A stretch of 64,000 nt of DNA from an uncultured Alistipes sp. (GCF_949296715.1 NZ_CASFQD010000059.1:1734-65733), one strand, 5' to 3'. Positions 37,721 through 45,548 are shown, counted from the first letter of the stretch. Notes: generated from the letters alone by a model not told the origin. Numbers and translations are program-made.

Positions 37721-38698
37721 TCAGGCCTTGACGGCTTCGTGTACCGCGGCGCGCGGAGCGTCGAAGAGGTTGAGGCCGAGCTGTGCGGCGATGTCGGCCA
37801 GCGCCCGCTGGGCCTTCACGGAGTTGCCCGCCGAATCGAGCGGCGGAGCGAAGGCCGCCACGCCCATGACGCCCGGCACGACGCCCATGATGCCGCCGCC
37901 GACCCCCGTCTTGGCCGGGAGCCCCGTCGTGAAGAGCCAGTCGCCCGTATGCTCGTAGAAGCCGACGGTGGCCATCATGGCGGTGATCTTCGGCGTCAGC
38001 TCCGCGCGGAAGACCTCCTCGCCCGTCACCGGGTTGCGTCCTCCGGCGGCGATCGTCGCCGCAAGGGTTGCCAGCTCTTTGGCCGTGATGCCGATCGAGC
38101 ACTGCCGTGTGTAGAGGTCGAGCGACAGGTCGGGGTCGTCGTAGATGCGGTTGTAGTTCTTAAGCAGCCAGGCAATCGAGCGGTTGTTGAAGTTGGTCTC
38201 CGACTCCGAACGGTAGAGTTCGTCGATCACCCCGACCTGCGCACCGCAGAGCGCCTCGACGAAGCGGAGGATCGACTGCCACTTGCCGTCGCGGTCGCCC
38301 ACGGGCTTGATCAGCGAGCAGGCCGAGATGGCCCCGGCGTTGACCAGCGGCGTCGAGGGGTGGTCGTTTTCGAGCAGGATGGCGATGATCGAGTTGAATG
38401 GCAGCCCCGTGGCGTCGGCGCCGATGCGGTCGAGCACCTCCTGCGCTCCGTACTGCTGCATGGCCAGCAGCGCCGTCGGGACCTTCGAGACCGATTCGAT
38501 GCCGAAGCGGTACTCCGTGTCGCCCACGGCGACGACGGTGCCGTCGGTCAGGCAGGCCGCGATGCCGAAGAGCGTCGAGGGGACGTTGGCCAGGTAGGGG
38601 ATGTAGTCGGCGTTCTTGCCGCCGGTCGTGTTCTTGACTCGGTCGTAGGCCCCGCGCAGGGCCTGTGCGACGTGCTGTCTGTCGATTTTCGGTGTCAT
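37721..38698 (-). CDS. glsA: glutaminase A
   Basis: The ATG at 38698 (MTPKIDRQHV) lies within the over-long ORF 37721..40060. Typical glutaminase motifs IESVSKV, NAGAI and GVGGGI. Confidence 0.93.
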   Translation of the reverse strand: MTPKIDRQHVAQALRGAYDRVKNTTGGKNADYIPYLANVPSTLFGIAACLTDGTVVAVGDTEYRFGIESVSKVPTALLAMQQYGAQEVLDRIGADATGLPFNSIIAILLENDHPSTPLVNAGAISACSLIKPVGDRDGKWQSILRFVEALCGAQVGVIDELYRSESETNFNNRSIAWLLKNYNRIYDDPDLSLDLYTRQCSIGITAKELATLAATIAAGGRNPVTGEEVFRAELTPKITAMMATVGFYEHTGDWLFTTGLPAKTGVGGGIMGVVPGVMGVAAFAPPLDSAGNSVKAQRALADIAAQLGLNLFDAPRAAVHEAVKA

Positions 38699-38715
38699 GG
38701 TTGTCGGTTTGTTTG

Positions 38716-40347
38716 TTATTTGGTCGGTTGTTTCTCTTTTCCCGGATTCCCGGCGGAAGCGGGCTTCGGTTGTGCTTTCCTCGGAGCGGCGGCCGGGGCT
38801 GCCGATGGGGCCGGCGAAGCAGGGGCTGCCGGAGCGGTTCGTGCGGACGAAGTTGTCGGGGCTGTCGGGGCAGCCGGGGCCTCCCAGTGGAAGGGGGCGA
38901 ACTCGGCGGCGGCCTGCGGGTCTCGCCACGAGGGCTTGCGCATGGCATAGATGATGAACGGGATGCCGACCACGATCACACAGCCGATGATGAGCACCGA
39001 GAACCAGACGGTGCTGCTGCCCGTGGCGATCTGTCCGGGCGGCACGAAACTCAACACGAAGGCCAGCAGCGAGCCGCTGAAGCCCATCGCGCCGAGCAGC
39101 CACATCACGCCGTTGCCGCTGCCCTTGCCCAGGCGGAAGGGTCGCGGTGCGGACTTCATCCTGTAGCGCAGGACGATCGCCGCGGCGAACATGAGCATGT
39201 ACATGATCAGGTAGAGCAGCACGGTGAGCTGCGAGAGGATCTGGTAGAAGGACTGCACCGAGGGCATGACGACGAAGAGCAGCGCCAGCAGCGTCACGAT
39301 GCCGCCCTGGATGAGCAGGATGTTGCGCTGCACGCCGATGCGGTTGGTCTTCTGGAAGAAGGGCGGCAGGTAGCCCGCCTTGCCCACGGCGAAGATACCC
39401 TTCGAGGGGCCGGCCACCCAGGTGAGCACGCCGGCCAGCACGCCGAACATCAGCGCCACGGCGATGACGGGCCCGGCCCACGAGACATGCAGGTAGCGGA
39501 AGTAGTTGTCGAAGCCGATGAGCAGCGACTGCGTGAGGCTGATGTCCTTGGCCGGGATGATGAATCCGAGCGAGAAGGTGCCCAGCACGAAGATGCAGAC
39601 CGTCACGAGCGATCCGATGATGATCGCCCGGGGGTAGTTGCGCGAGGGGTTCTTCACCTCCATGACGTGGATGCCCATCATCTCCATGCCGGCGTAGAAG
39701 AGGAAGATGCTGCTCGCCAGCACGAGGTTGTCGAGCTTGCTCAGGTCGGGGAAAAAGCCCTGCGACATGTCCATGTTGTTGTGGCCCCCGGTGGCGATGT
39801 AGACGGCGCCGAGCACGATGAGCAGCCCGGCGGGGATGATCGTGCCGATCATGCCGCCCCACTTGCTGATCTTGCCGACCCAGTCGAGCCCCTTCAGTGC
39901 GATGAAGGTGGCGATCCAGTAGATGGCCAGCACCATGACCAGCGTGAAGACCTTGTTCGAGGCCAGCGCCATGTCGTGCGGTTCGTTCGTGCCGATGAAG
40001 GCGATCGACACGGCACCGAAGGTCAGCACCGTGGGGTACCAGATTGTCGACTCGATCCATTGCAGCCAGATGGCCAGGAAGCCCGTGCGGGCGCCGAAGG
40101 CCTCGCCGACCCAGCGGAAGACGCCGCCCTGCTTGTCGGAGAACATCGCCGCGAGCTCGGCGGCGACCATGGCCGTCGGGATGAGGAAGACGATGGCGGC
40201 GAACAGGTAGTAGAAGGCCGACGAAGGCCCGTAGACCGCCTCGGCGGGCAATCCGCGCAGGCTCACGACCGCCGTCACGTTCATGATGGCGAGTGTCATG
40301 ACACTCAACTTGAAACCCGTACTTGCGGTGGTTTTCTTTACATCCAT
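38716..40347 (-). CDS. APC-family amino-acid permease, glutamate:GABA antiporter (GadC)-like, with Pro/Ala-rich C-terminal tail
   Basis: ATG at 40347 (MDVKKTTAS) within ORF 38716..40386. About 12 TM helices. GadC-like N-terminus LSVMTLAIMNVTAVVSLRGLP. Lies immediately upstream of glsA. Confidence 0.85.
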   Translation of the reverse strand: MDVKKTTASTGFKLSVMTLAIMNVTAVVSLRGLPAEAVYGPSSAFYYLFAAIVFLIPTAMVAAELAAMFSDKQGGVFRWVGEAFGARTGFLAIWLQWIESTIWYPTVLTFGAVSIAFIGTNEPHDMALASNKVFTLVMVLAIYWIATFIALKGLDWVGKISKWGGMIGTIIPAGLLIVLGAVYIATGGHNNMDMSQGFFPDLSKLDNLVLASSIFLFYAGMEMMGIHVMEVKNPSRNYPRAIIIGSLVTVCIFVLGTFSLGFIIPAKDISLTQSLLIGFDNYFRYLHVSWAGPVIAVALMFGVLAGVLTWVAGPSKGIFAVGKAGYLPPFFQKTNRIGVQRNILLIQGGIVTLLALLFVVMPSVQSFYQILSQLTVLLYLIMYMLMFAAAIVLRYRMKSAPRPFRLGKGSGNGVMWLLGAMGFSGSLLAFVLSFVPPGQIATGSSTVWFSVLIIGCVIVVGIPFIIYAMRKPSWRDPQAAAEFAPFHWEAPAAPTAPTTSSARTAPAAPASPAPSAAPAAAPRKAQPKPASAGNPGKEKQPTK

Positions 40348-40454
40348 AGTGTTTGATTTTTTGTTTTGACCTCCCGAACGGTGCAACTACCGTGCAAATC
40401 CGTCACGGGATGCGTTTCGGGCTTCGCCGATGCGGAAATCTTCCCGAAAAAACG

Positions 40455-40462
40455 TATCTTTG
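40455..40462 (+). promoter_or_regulatory. -7 promoter box TATCTTTG
   Basis: Lies 19 nt upstream of the ATG at 40482. Confidence 0.65.
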
Positions 40463-40481
40463 CCTTCGGACACAAAAACTC

Positions 40482-41417
40482 ATGCAGATGTACCGTACAT
40501 TGCTTCTGATTCTTGCGGCCGTCGGCCTTGCGGCATGCGGCGGCCGCACGTCCCGCCGCCCCGCCGCGCATGCGGCGGCCGAAACGCCGGCCGTCTTCCT
40601 CCCGGCAATCGCCCCCGCCGAACTCTCCCCCGAGGAGCGGGTCGAATGGCTCCGCTGGCACTACTGGGACAACTTCGACTTCGCCGACACGACCTTCCTG
40701 CGGCGTGCCGACACGTTGCAGATGGTCGAGGCTTACGCCCGCTACGTGCAGCTGCTCTTCGCGGCCCCGACCGACGGTGCGCCGGTGGATTCGCTCATGC
40801 GCCGCGCCTCCGCGTCGCGCCCCATGCTCGACTACTTCGTCCTGCTGGCCGGTTACGTGCTGCACGACCCCAACTCGCCGCTGCGCAACGACGAGTTCTA
40901 CATCCCCGTGCTGCGGGCGCAGCTCTCCAGCCCGTGGTACGACGAATACGAACGGCTGGCCCCGGAATACAACCTGAACCTCGCGTCGCAGAACCGCATC
41001 GGCCATCCGGCCAACGACTTCCGCTACACGCTCGCGTCGGGGGCCACGGGCACGCTCTACGGCATCCGTGCGGAGTACGTGCTGCTGTTCATCAACAACC
41101 CTGGCTGCCCGATGTGCCGCGAAATCCGCGAGGCGGTGTCGTCGTCGCCGATGCTCACGGAGATGATTGAGCGGGGGCGGCTGCGGGTGCTGGCGCTCTA
41201 TCCCGACGAGGAGCTCGACGAGTGGCGCGCCTACCACGACGAGATTCCTCCGAGCTGGATCAACGCCTACGACGACGGCTGCGTGCTGCGCGAAAAGGGG
41301 TTGTACGACCTGTCGGCCATTCCGTCGCTCTACCTGTTCGATGCGCAGAAGCGCGTGCTGGTGAAGGATGCGACGGACGTGGCGCTCATCGAGGAGGTGA
41401 TCGACCGCCGCGGATAG
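40482..41417 (+). CDS. thioredoxin-fold lipoprotein (DUF5106-like N-terminal domain, CPMC active site)
   Basis: ATG at 40482 (MQMYRTLLLILAAVGLAAC lipobox) within ORF 40353..41417. CxxC motif NNPGCPMC in a TlpA/ResA-like C-terminal domain. Confidence 0.75.
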   Translation: MQMYRTLLLILAAVGLAACGGRTSRRPAAHAAAETPAVFLPAIAPAELSPEERVEWLRWHYWDNFDFADTTFLRRADTLQMVEAYARYVQLLFAAPTDGAPVDSLMRRASASRPMLDYFVLLAGYVLHDPNSPLRNDEFYIPVLRAQLSSPWYDEYERLAPEYNLNLASQNRIGHPANDFRYTLASGATGTLYGIRAEYVLLFINNPGCPMCREIREAVSSSPMLTEMIERGRLRVLALYPDEELDEWRAYHDEIPPSWINAYDDGCVLREKGLYDLSAIPSLYLFDAQKRVLVKDATDVALIEEVIDRRG

Positions 41418-41443
41418 GGGACCGGTATAGGCGCAGCCTATCG

Positions 41444-41477
41444 TCGCATAAAAAAAGACAATCGTTTTTTTATGCGA
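41444..41477. other. perfect 13-bp AT-rich inverted repeat
   Basis: TCGCATAAAAAAA-gacaatcg-TTTTTTTATGCGA. Lies 27 nt after the upstream stop and 18 nt before the rubrerythrin -7 box. Confidence 0.8.
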
Positions 41478-41494
41478 ACTTCGCGGCGAATCGT

Positions 41495-41502
41495 TATCTT
41501 TG
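41495..41502 (+). promoter_or_regulatory. -7 promoter box TATCTTTG (rubrerythrin)
   Basis: Lies 48 nt upstream of the ATG at 41551. Confidence 0.65.
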
Positions 41503-41550
41503 CAACGTAGAAAAACGAATTATCAACCACACACAAAACATTACAAGATT

Positions 41551-42105
41551 ATGGCAAAGAAATGGCGTTGTACCGTATGCGGGTACATTCATGAAGGTCC
41601 CGAGGCTCCCGAGCAGTGCCCGATGTGCAAGGTAGGCAAGGAGAAGTTCGTAGAAGTCGTAGAGCAGGAGGGTGACCTCGATTTCGTCACGGTTCACAAG
41701 ATCGGCGACGGCAAGGGCGCCAGCAAGGAGCTCTGGGAGGGTCTGCAGAACCACTTTATGGGCGAGTGCACCGAGGTGGGCATGTACCTGGCCATGAGCC
41801 GTCAGGCCGACCGCGAGGGCTATCCCGAGATCGCCGAGGCCTACAAGCGCTACGCCTGGGAGGAGGCCGAGCACGCCTCGAAGTTCGCCGAGCTGATCGG
41901 TGAGGTCGTATGGGACACGAAGACCAACCTCTACAAGCGCATGAACGCCGAGTGCGGTGCCTGCGAGGACAAGATGCGCCTGGCCCGCCTGGCCAAGGAG
42001 GAGAACCTCGACGCCGTGCACGACACCGTACACGAGATGGCCAAGGACGAGGCACGCCACGGCAAGGGCTTCGAAGGCCTCTACAAGCGTTACTTCGGCA
42101 AATAA
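41551..42105 (+). CDS. reverse rubrerythrin (N-terminal rubredoxin-like, C-terminal diiron ferritin-like domain)
   Basis: ATG at 41551 within ORF 41500..42105. CTVCG...CPMC at the N-terminus, then ExxH diiron motifs ([19 protein letters not shown]). Confidence 0.9.
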   Translation: MAKKWRCTVCGYIHEGPEAPEQCPMCKVGKEKFVEVVEQEGDLDFVTVHKIGDGKGASKELWEGLQNHFMGECTEVGMYLAMSRQADREGYPEIAEAYKRYAWEEAEHASKFAELIGEVVWDTKTNLYKRMNAECGACEDKMRLARLAKEENLDAVHDTVHEMAKDEARHGKGFEGLYKRYFGK

Positions 42106-42134
42106 TCGCCCGCAAGGAACATCGTATGACAAGG

Positions 42135-42166
42135 AGCGGCCCCGCATGCGCGGGGCCGCTTTTTTT
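42135..42166 (+). terminator. intrinsic terminator after rubrerythrin
   Basis: GCGGCCCCGC-atgc-GCGGGGCCGC, a 10-bp stem followed by T7. Confidence 0.9.
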
Positions 42167-42177
42167 CGTGGCGAAAC

Positions 42178-42195
42178 TTTTTTTTTGGGGGGGGG
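42178..42195. repeat. adjacent homopolymers T9 then G9
   Basis: Read directly: ctttttttttgggggggggaa. Ends 10 nt upstream of the -7 box at 42206. Confidence 0.95.
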
Positions 42196-42205
42196 AATTT
42201 TTATC

Positions 42206-42213
42206 TATCTTTG
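42206..42213 (+). promoter_or_regulatory. -7 promoter box TATCTTTG (lipoprotein gene)
   Basis: Lies 54 nt upstream of the ATG at 42268. An 8-bp hairpin CGGTACGG-acc-CCGTACCG at 42218-42236 sits at the predicted 5' end of the transcript. Confidence 0.6.
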
Positions 42214-42267
42214 CCGCCGGTACGGACCCCGTACCGTGTGCAGTCTGATAAAATAAAAAACAATGTG

Positions 42268-43014
42268 ATGATGAAAAAGCTGTTTTTGCCGATTCTGCTT
42301 TCGGCGTGTGTATTGGGTGCAGTCTCCTGCTCCAAGGACGAAATTCCCGGCGATCCCGACGGAACCGCCATCCTGAACATGTACAACGAGGAGAACGGAC
42401 GGACGCTCCTCTCCGATTCGGATATCTATATCGACAATGCCGGGAACTTCGTGAGCCCGTCCAGCTGCCAGCTCTTCATGGTGGGCCGCCTGTCGGGACT
42501 GGGTGCCGTCAAGGCCTCGACGCTGACGAACCCCGCGCCGCAGGTCGCCGTGAAACCCGGATACGGCTACGTGGCCGTGCGGGGCGCTGCCGTGCGGCGC
42601 TTCCCGTCGCAGGCCACGGCCATGTCGCTCGATCCCGATCTGGGTGTCAACTACCTGAAATTCTATGTAACGGAGCTGCTCGAGGATGCCTCGGAAAACA
42701 GTTTGGGCGCCGTCGTGAAGTTCACCGTCGCCCGGCCCCGGAACTATTGGCTGCCCGAGTGGGGCTCGACGCCCTACGTGCTGGACTGCACGTCGAAGGG
42801 GCTCGGGGATACCGTCTCCGTCACGCTGCCCGGGGATGATTTCGAGGCCGACTTCGACGGGCAGGGTTACCTCTCGTGCGAGAAACAGGGCCGCCGGCTG
42901 GTCTTCAGGCTGCTTGACTGGCCCGTCCGCGGAGGCGGCTATACCCACCAGGCAACCCTGCGGCTGCGTGTCGGCGAGAGCTATACGGAGGTTCGCGCAG
43001 AATTCCGCTATTGA
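42268..43014 (+). CDS. hypothetical lipoprotein
   Basis: ATG at 42268 (MMKKLFLPILLSACVLGAVSC lipobox) within ORF 42211..43014. I recognise no family. Confidence 0.65.
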   Translation: MMKKLFLPILLSACVLGAVSCSKDEIPGDPDGTAILNMYNEENGRTLLSDSDIYIDNAGNFVSPSSCQLFMVGRLSGLGAVKASTLTNPAPQVAVKPGYGYVAVRGAAVRRFPSQATAMSLDPDLGVNYLKFYVTELLEDASENSLGAVVKFTVARPRNYWLPEWGSTPYVLDCTSKGLGDTVSVTLPGDDFEADFDGQGYLSCEKQGRRLVFRLLDWPVRGGGYTHQATLRLRVGESYTEVRAEFRY

Positions 43015-43118
43015 CGTCCCGCATGCGGCCCGCGTCGCTGCGGAGAAGACGGAAAAAGCGTCCGGAGCAGGTTGCGCTCCGGACGCTTTTCACTTGTTGC
43101 CGACCCTGTGATGCCGTC

Positions 43119-43550
43119 TTACTCCTTCGGACACTCCCCGCGGCGCGGCTCGGTGCGGCGTGTCTCTCCACGGTCTGTCTCCGTGCGGCGCGGCTCCTGC
43201 GGTCGCGGCCGGAGACTGAACAGGGCCAGCAGCGGCAGGGCCTTCGCGGTGATCCAGCGGTAGCCCTCGCGGGCCGTGCGGGCCACTTCGTAGACGGTTT
43301 CGAGCCGCTCCCCGATGCGGGCGAGCGGTTCGCGCAGCGCCGCGAGCCACACCACCACGGCCAGCAGAAGGCAGGCGCCGCCGACGATGAGCGCCGCCGC
43401 GGCCATCGAGCCGGTGAGCGTCGCGAGCCAGAAGACCAGCGCCGCGAGCAGCAGCACCAGGCACGTCGCGGCCAGCAGCACGAAGAGGAGCAGCGCGACG
43501 ACGAAACGGCCCGGCGCGGGCTCTGCGCGCGCCGGTTGCGGGGGTGTCAT
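43119..43550 (-). CDS. small membrane protein, putative holin-X / DUF1469-like
   Basis: The ATG at 43550 overlaps the YtxH stop (ATGA). Two long hydrophobic helices and a basic R/E-rich tail. Confidence 0.6.
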   Translation of the reverse strand: MTPPQPARAEPAPGRFVVALLLFVLLAATCLVLLLAALVFWLATLTGSMAAAALIVGGACLLLAVVVWLAALREPLARIGERLETVYEVARTAREGYRWITAKALPLLALFSLRPRPQEPRRTETDRGETRRTEPRRGECPKE

Positions 43551-43756
43551 TTCTCCTCGCATCGGCAGCGGGCCTCCTCAATCATCTCCTCGACCTGCCC
43601 GACCTTGTCGCGGAGTTTTTCGACCTCGTTGTCAAGCAGGTCGCGGATTTGGCGGCGCAGGTCGGCGCCCGACTGCGGTGTGAAGAGCATCGTGAGGGCC
43701 GAGCCGAGAATCATGCCGCCCACGAGCGAGGCAATGACGATACCTGTGTTTTTCAT
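43547..43756 (-). CDS. YtxH domain-containing protein
   Basis: 69 aa. N-terminal TM GIVIASLVGGMILGSALTMLFTPQSG, then a coiled-coil segment. Typical YtxH. Confidence 0.75.
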   Translation of the reverse strand: MKNTGIVIASLVGGMILGSALTMLFTPQSGADLRRQIRDLLDNEVEKLRDKVGQVEEMIEEARCRCEEK

Positions 43757-43812
43757 ACGCGTGATACTTTTTGAATGTACGGAAACGGCTTGCAAAGTCC
43801 GGGCCAAAGCAT

Positions 43813-43820
43813 TATCTTTG
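43813..43820 (+). promoter_or_regulatory. -7 promoter box TATCTTTG (SLOG gene, leaderless spacing)
   Basis: Only 5 nt lie between the box and the ATG at 43826. Confidence 0.6.
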
Positions 43821-43825
43821 GTCGC

Positions 43826-44332
43826 ATGATCGAAGAGCTCCGGACCACCGTTTCCTTCACCGGACACCGCACCTATCGGGGCGAGGCGGATGCCTTGCTG
43901 CGCGATACGGTGCGGCAACTCTACGCGCGGGGGATGCGGACCTTTCTTTCGGGCATGGCGCTGGGCTTCGACCTTGCGGCCGCCGAGGCCGTGCTGGCGT
44001 GCCGGGCGGAGTGCGCGGAGCTGCGGCTGGTGGCCGTCATTCCGTTCGAGGGGCAGGAGCTGCACTATCCGGAGGCGGAGCGGCAGCGCTTCCGGCGGAT
44101 TGTCGCGGCGGCGGACGAGACGGTGACCCTTGCGCGCGGGTACCACCGCGGCTGCTACGCCGTGCGGAACAACTACCTGGTTGACCGGGCCGCGCTGCTG
44201 GTCGCGTGGTACGACGGTTCGGAGGGCGGCACGCAGTACACCGTGCGGCGGGCTCTCACGCACGACCGCGAGGTGTGGAACCTCCATCTTGCGGCGCGGG
44301 TCTCCGTACAGCCGTATCCCGGGCTTTTCTGA
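43826..44332 (+). CDS. SLOG-family protein (DUF1273 / YpsA-like)
   Basis: ATG at 43826 within ORF 43775..44332. FTGHR and GMALGFDLAAAEAVL motifs, and a GGTQYTV motif. Confidence 0.75.
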   Translation: MIEELRTTVSFTGHRTYRGEADALLRDTVRQLYARGMRTFLSGMALGFDLAAAEAVLACRAECAELRLVAVIPFEGQELHYPEAERQRFRRIVAAADETVTLARGYHRGCYAVRNNYLVDRAALLVAWYDGSEGGTQYTVRRALTHDREVWNLHLAARVSVQPYPGLF

Positions 44333-44399
44333 CTGGAGGGCGTGCCTGTTTGGCCGGCAATACTCCGGGTGCAAACGGACAGGGACACGATAAAATTCG

Positions 44400-44407
44400 T
44401 ATCTTTG
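44400..44407 (+). promoter_or_regulatory. -7 promoter box TATCTTTG (thioesterase)
   Basis: Lies 30 nt upstream of the ATG at 44438. Confidence 0.65.
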
Positions 44408-44437
44408 CCCTAACGGACAAATCAAATACGGAAAATC

Positions 44438-45166
44438 ATGGCAGAAAAATCCCTTTACCCGTTTCGGGTCGAACCCCAGGAGGTCGACTTCACGCTGCGT
44501 GCGACGATCGCGTCGCTGGGTTCGGTGATTCTCAATGTGGCGGGCATCGACGCCCACGGCAAGGGCTTCGGTGTCGACGCCCTGAATGCCGACAACCATT
44601 CGTGGGTCCTCTCGCGCATGGCCGTCGAGTTCGACAGCCGCCCCGTACAGTATACCGACTACACCGTGGCGACGTGGATCAGCGACTACGGCCGTGTCCT
44701 CTCGACGCGTAACTTCACGCTGACGGATGCCGCCGGGCATGAATTCGGCCGCGCCGTCTCGCAGTGGGCCATGATCGACCTGCGGAGCCGTGCGGCCGTC
44801 GACCTCTCATGGGTCGGTCAGGCCCATGCCGAGGCCATCGTCGCGGCCCCGTCGCCCGCCGAGAAGCCCCGCAAGATCCGTTCGGTGGCGCCGACGCAGA
44901 GCATGGAGCACCGGGTCGTCTACAGCGACATCGACTTCAACCGCCATGTCAATACGATGCGCTACATCGAGATGATGTGCGACATGCTGCCGCTGGAACT
45001 GATCTCGTCGGAGGCACCCGTGCGGCTCGACATCCATTTCCTCAAGGAGTGCCGCTACGGGCAGACGCTTACCGTCGGCTGCGAGCTGCACGAACGCTCG
45101 GCGCTCTTCGAGGTGTGCGGCGAGCCGGGCGTGGCGGCCGTGCGTGCCGGGTTTGAGTGGCGGTAG
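44438..45166 (+). CDS. acyl-[acyl-carrier-protein] thioesterase
   Basis: 242 aa with a double hot-dog fold (FRVEPQEVDF, HSWVLSRMAVEF, YSDIDFNRHVNTMRYIE). Confidence 0.88.
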   Translation: MAEKSLYPFRVEPQEVDFTLRATIASLGSVILNVAGIDAHGKGFGVDALNADNHSWVLSRMAVEFDSRPVQYTDYTVATWISDYGRVLSTRNFTLTDAAGHEFGRAVSQWAMIDLRSRAAVDLSWVGQAHAEAIVAAPSPAEKPRKIRSVAPTQSMEHRVVYSDIDFNRHVNTMRYIEMMCDMLPLELISSEAPVRLDIHFLKECRYGQTLTVGCELHERSALFEVCGEPGVAAVRAGFEWR

Positions 45167-45371
45167 GCGATGCGATCGGCCTGTGCGCCGGGTTTGAGTG
45201 GCGGTAGGCGATGCGATCGGCCTGTGCGCCGGGTTCGGGTGGCGGTAGGCGATGCGAACGGCCGTGCGTGCCGGATTCGGGTGGCGGTAGGCGATGCGAT
45301 CGGCCGTGCGTGCCGGGTTTGAGTGGCGGTAGGCGAAGCAGTCGGTCTGTGCGCCGGGGCCCGGGTGCCGC
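45139..45371. repeat. 41-42 bp tandem repeat x5.5 starting inside the thioesterase 3' end
   Basis: Units at 45139, 45181, 45222, 45263 and 45305, plus a partial unit at 45347. Every full unit contains GGTGGCGGTAGGCGA, preceded by GA (units 1, 2, 5) or CG (units 3, 4), and so repeats the final WR codons plus the TAG stop. Confidence 0.95.
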
Positions 45372-45418
45372 AATCCGGCATCCTGTCGGCAGTGGGGCGG
45401 CGTCCGCCTGTAAAATAT

Positions 45419-45449
45419 ATCGGGATTCCGGCTTCGGGTCCCGATTTTT
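45419..45449 (+). terminator. intrinsic terminator downstream of the repeat array
   Basis: ATCGGGA-ttccggcttcggg-TCCCGAT-TTTT. Confidence 0.7.
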
Positions 45450-45535
45450 CGTCTTCTTTGTAAAAGACAGGAGGCGGTTCGGCACAGCCAAACCAAAAAA
45501 CTTCGTTTTCGTTTGCCTCTGCACTCGTCTTTCGC

Positions 45536-45543
45536 TATCTTTG
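45536..45543 (+). promoter_or_regulatory. -7 promoter box TATCTTTG (GT4 gene, leaderless spacing)
   Basis: Only 5 nt lie between the box and the ATG at 45549. Confidence 0.6.
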
Positions 45544-45548
45544 TCGAT

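Noticed and set aside
37721-40060. 779-aa long form of the glutaminase ORF
   Set aside because: Upstream of the Met at 38698 the frame overlaps the GadC-like gene, and its translation is R/H/G-rich nonsense. The glutaminase homology starts at MTPKIDRQ.
38665-40356. 563-aa plus-strand ORF, and 7157..8641 (-), 9863..10810 (+), 11144..12670 (-), 14492..16042 (-), 15969..17174 (-), 17535..19082 (-), 47064..49316 (-), 53549..55618 (-), 56132..58585 (+), 58925..61408 (-)
   Set aside because: All are antisense or off-frame shadows of confidently identified genes. They show a uniform R/G/A/D/H-rich composition and no family motifs.
43119-43550. Holin-like gene as evidence for a prophage or lysis cassette
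   Set aside because: No endolysin, portal, terminase, integrase or att-like repeats lie nearby. In this context the family is a chromosomal small membrane protein paired with YtxH.
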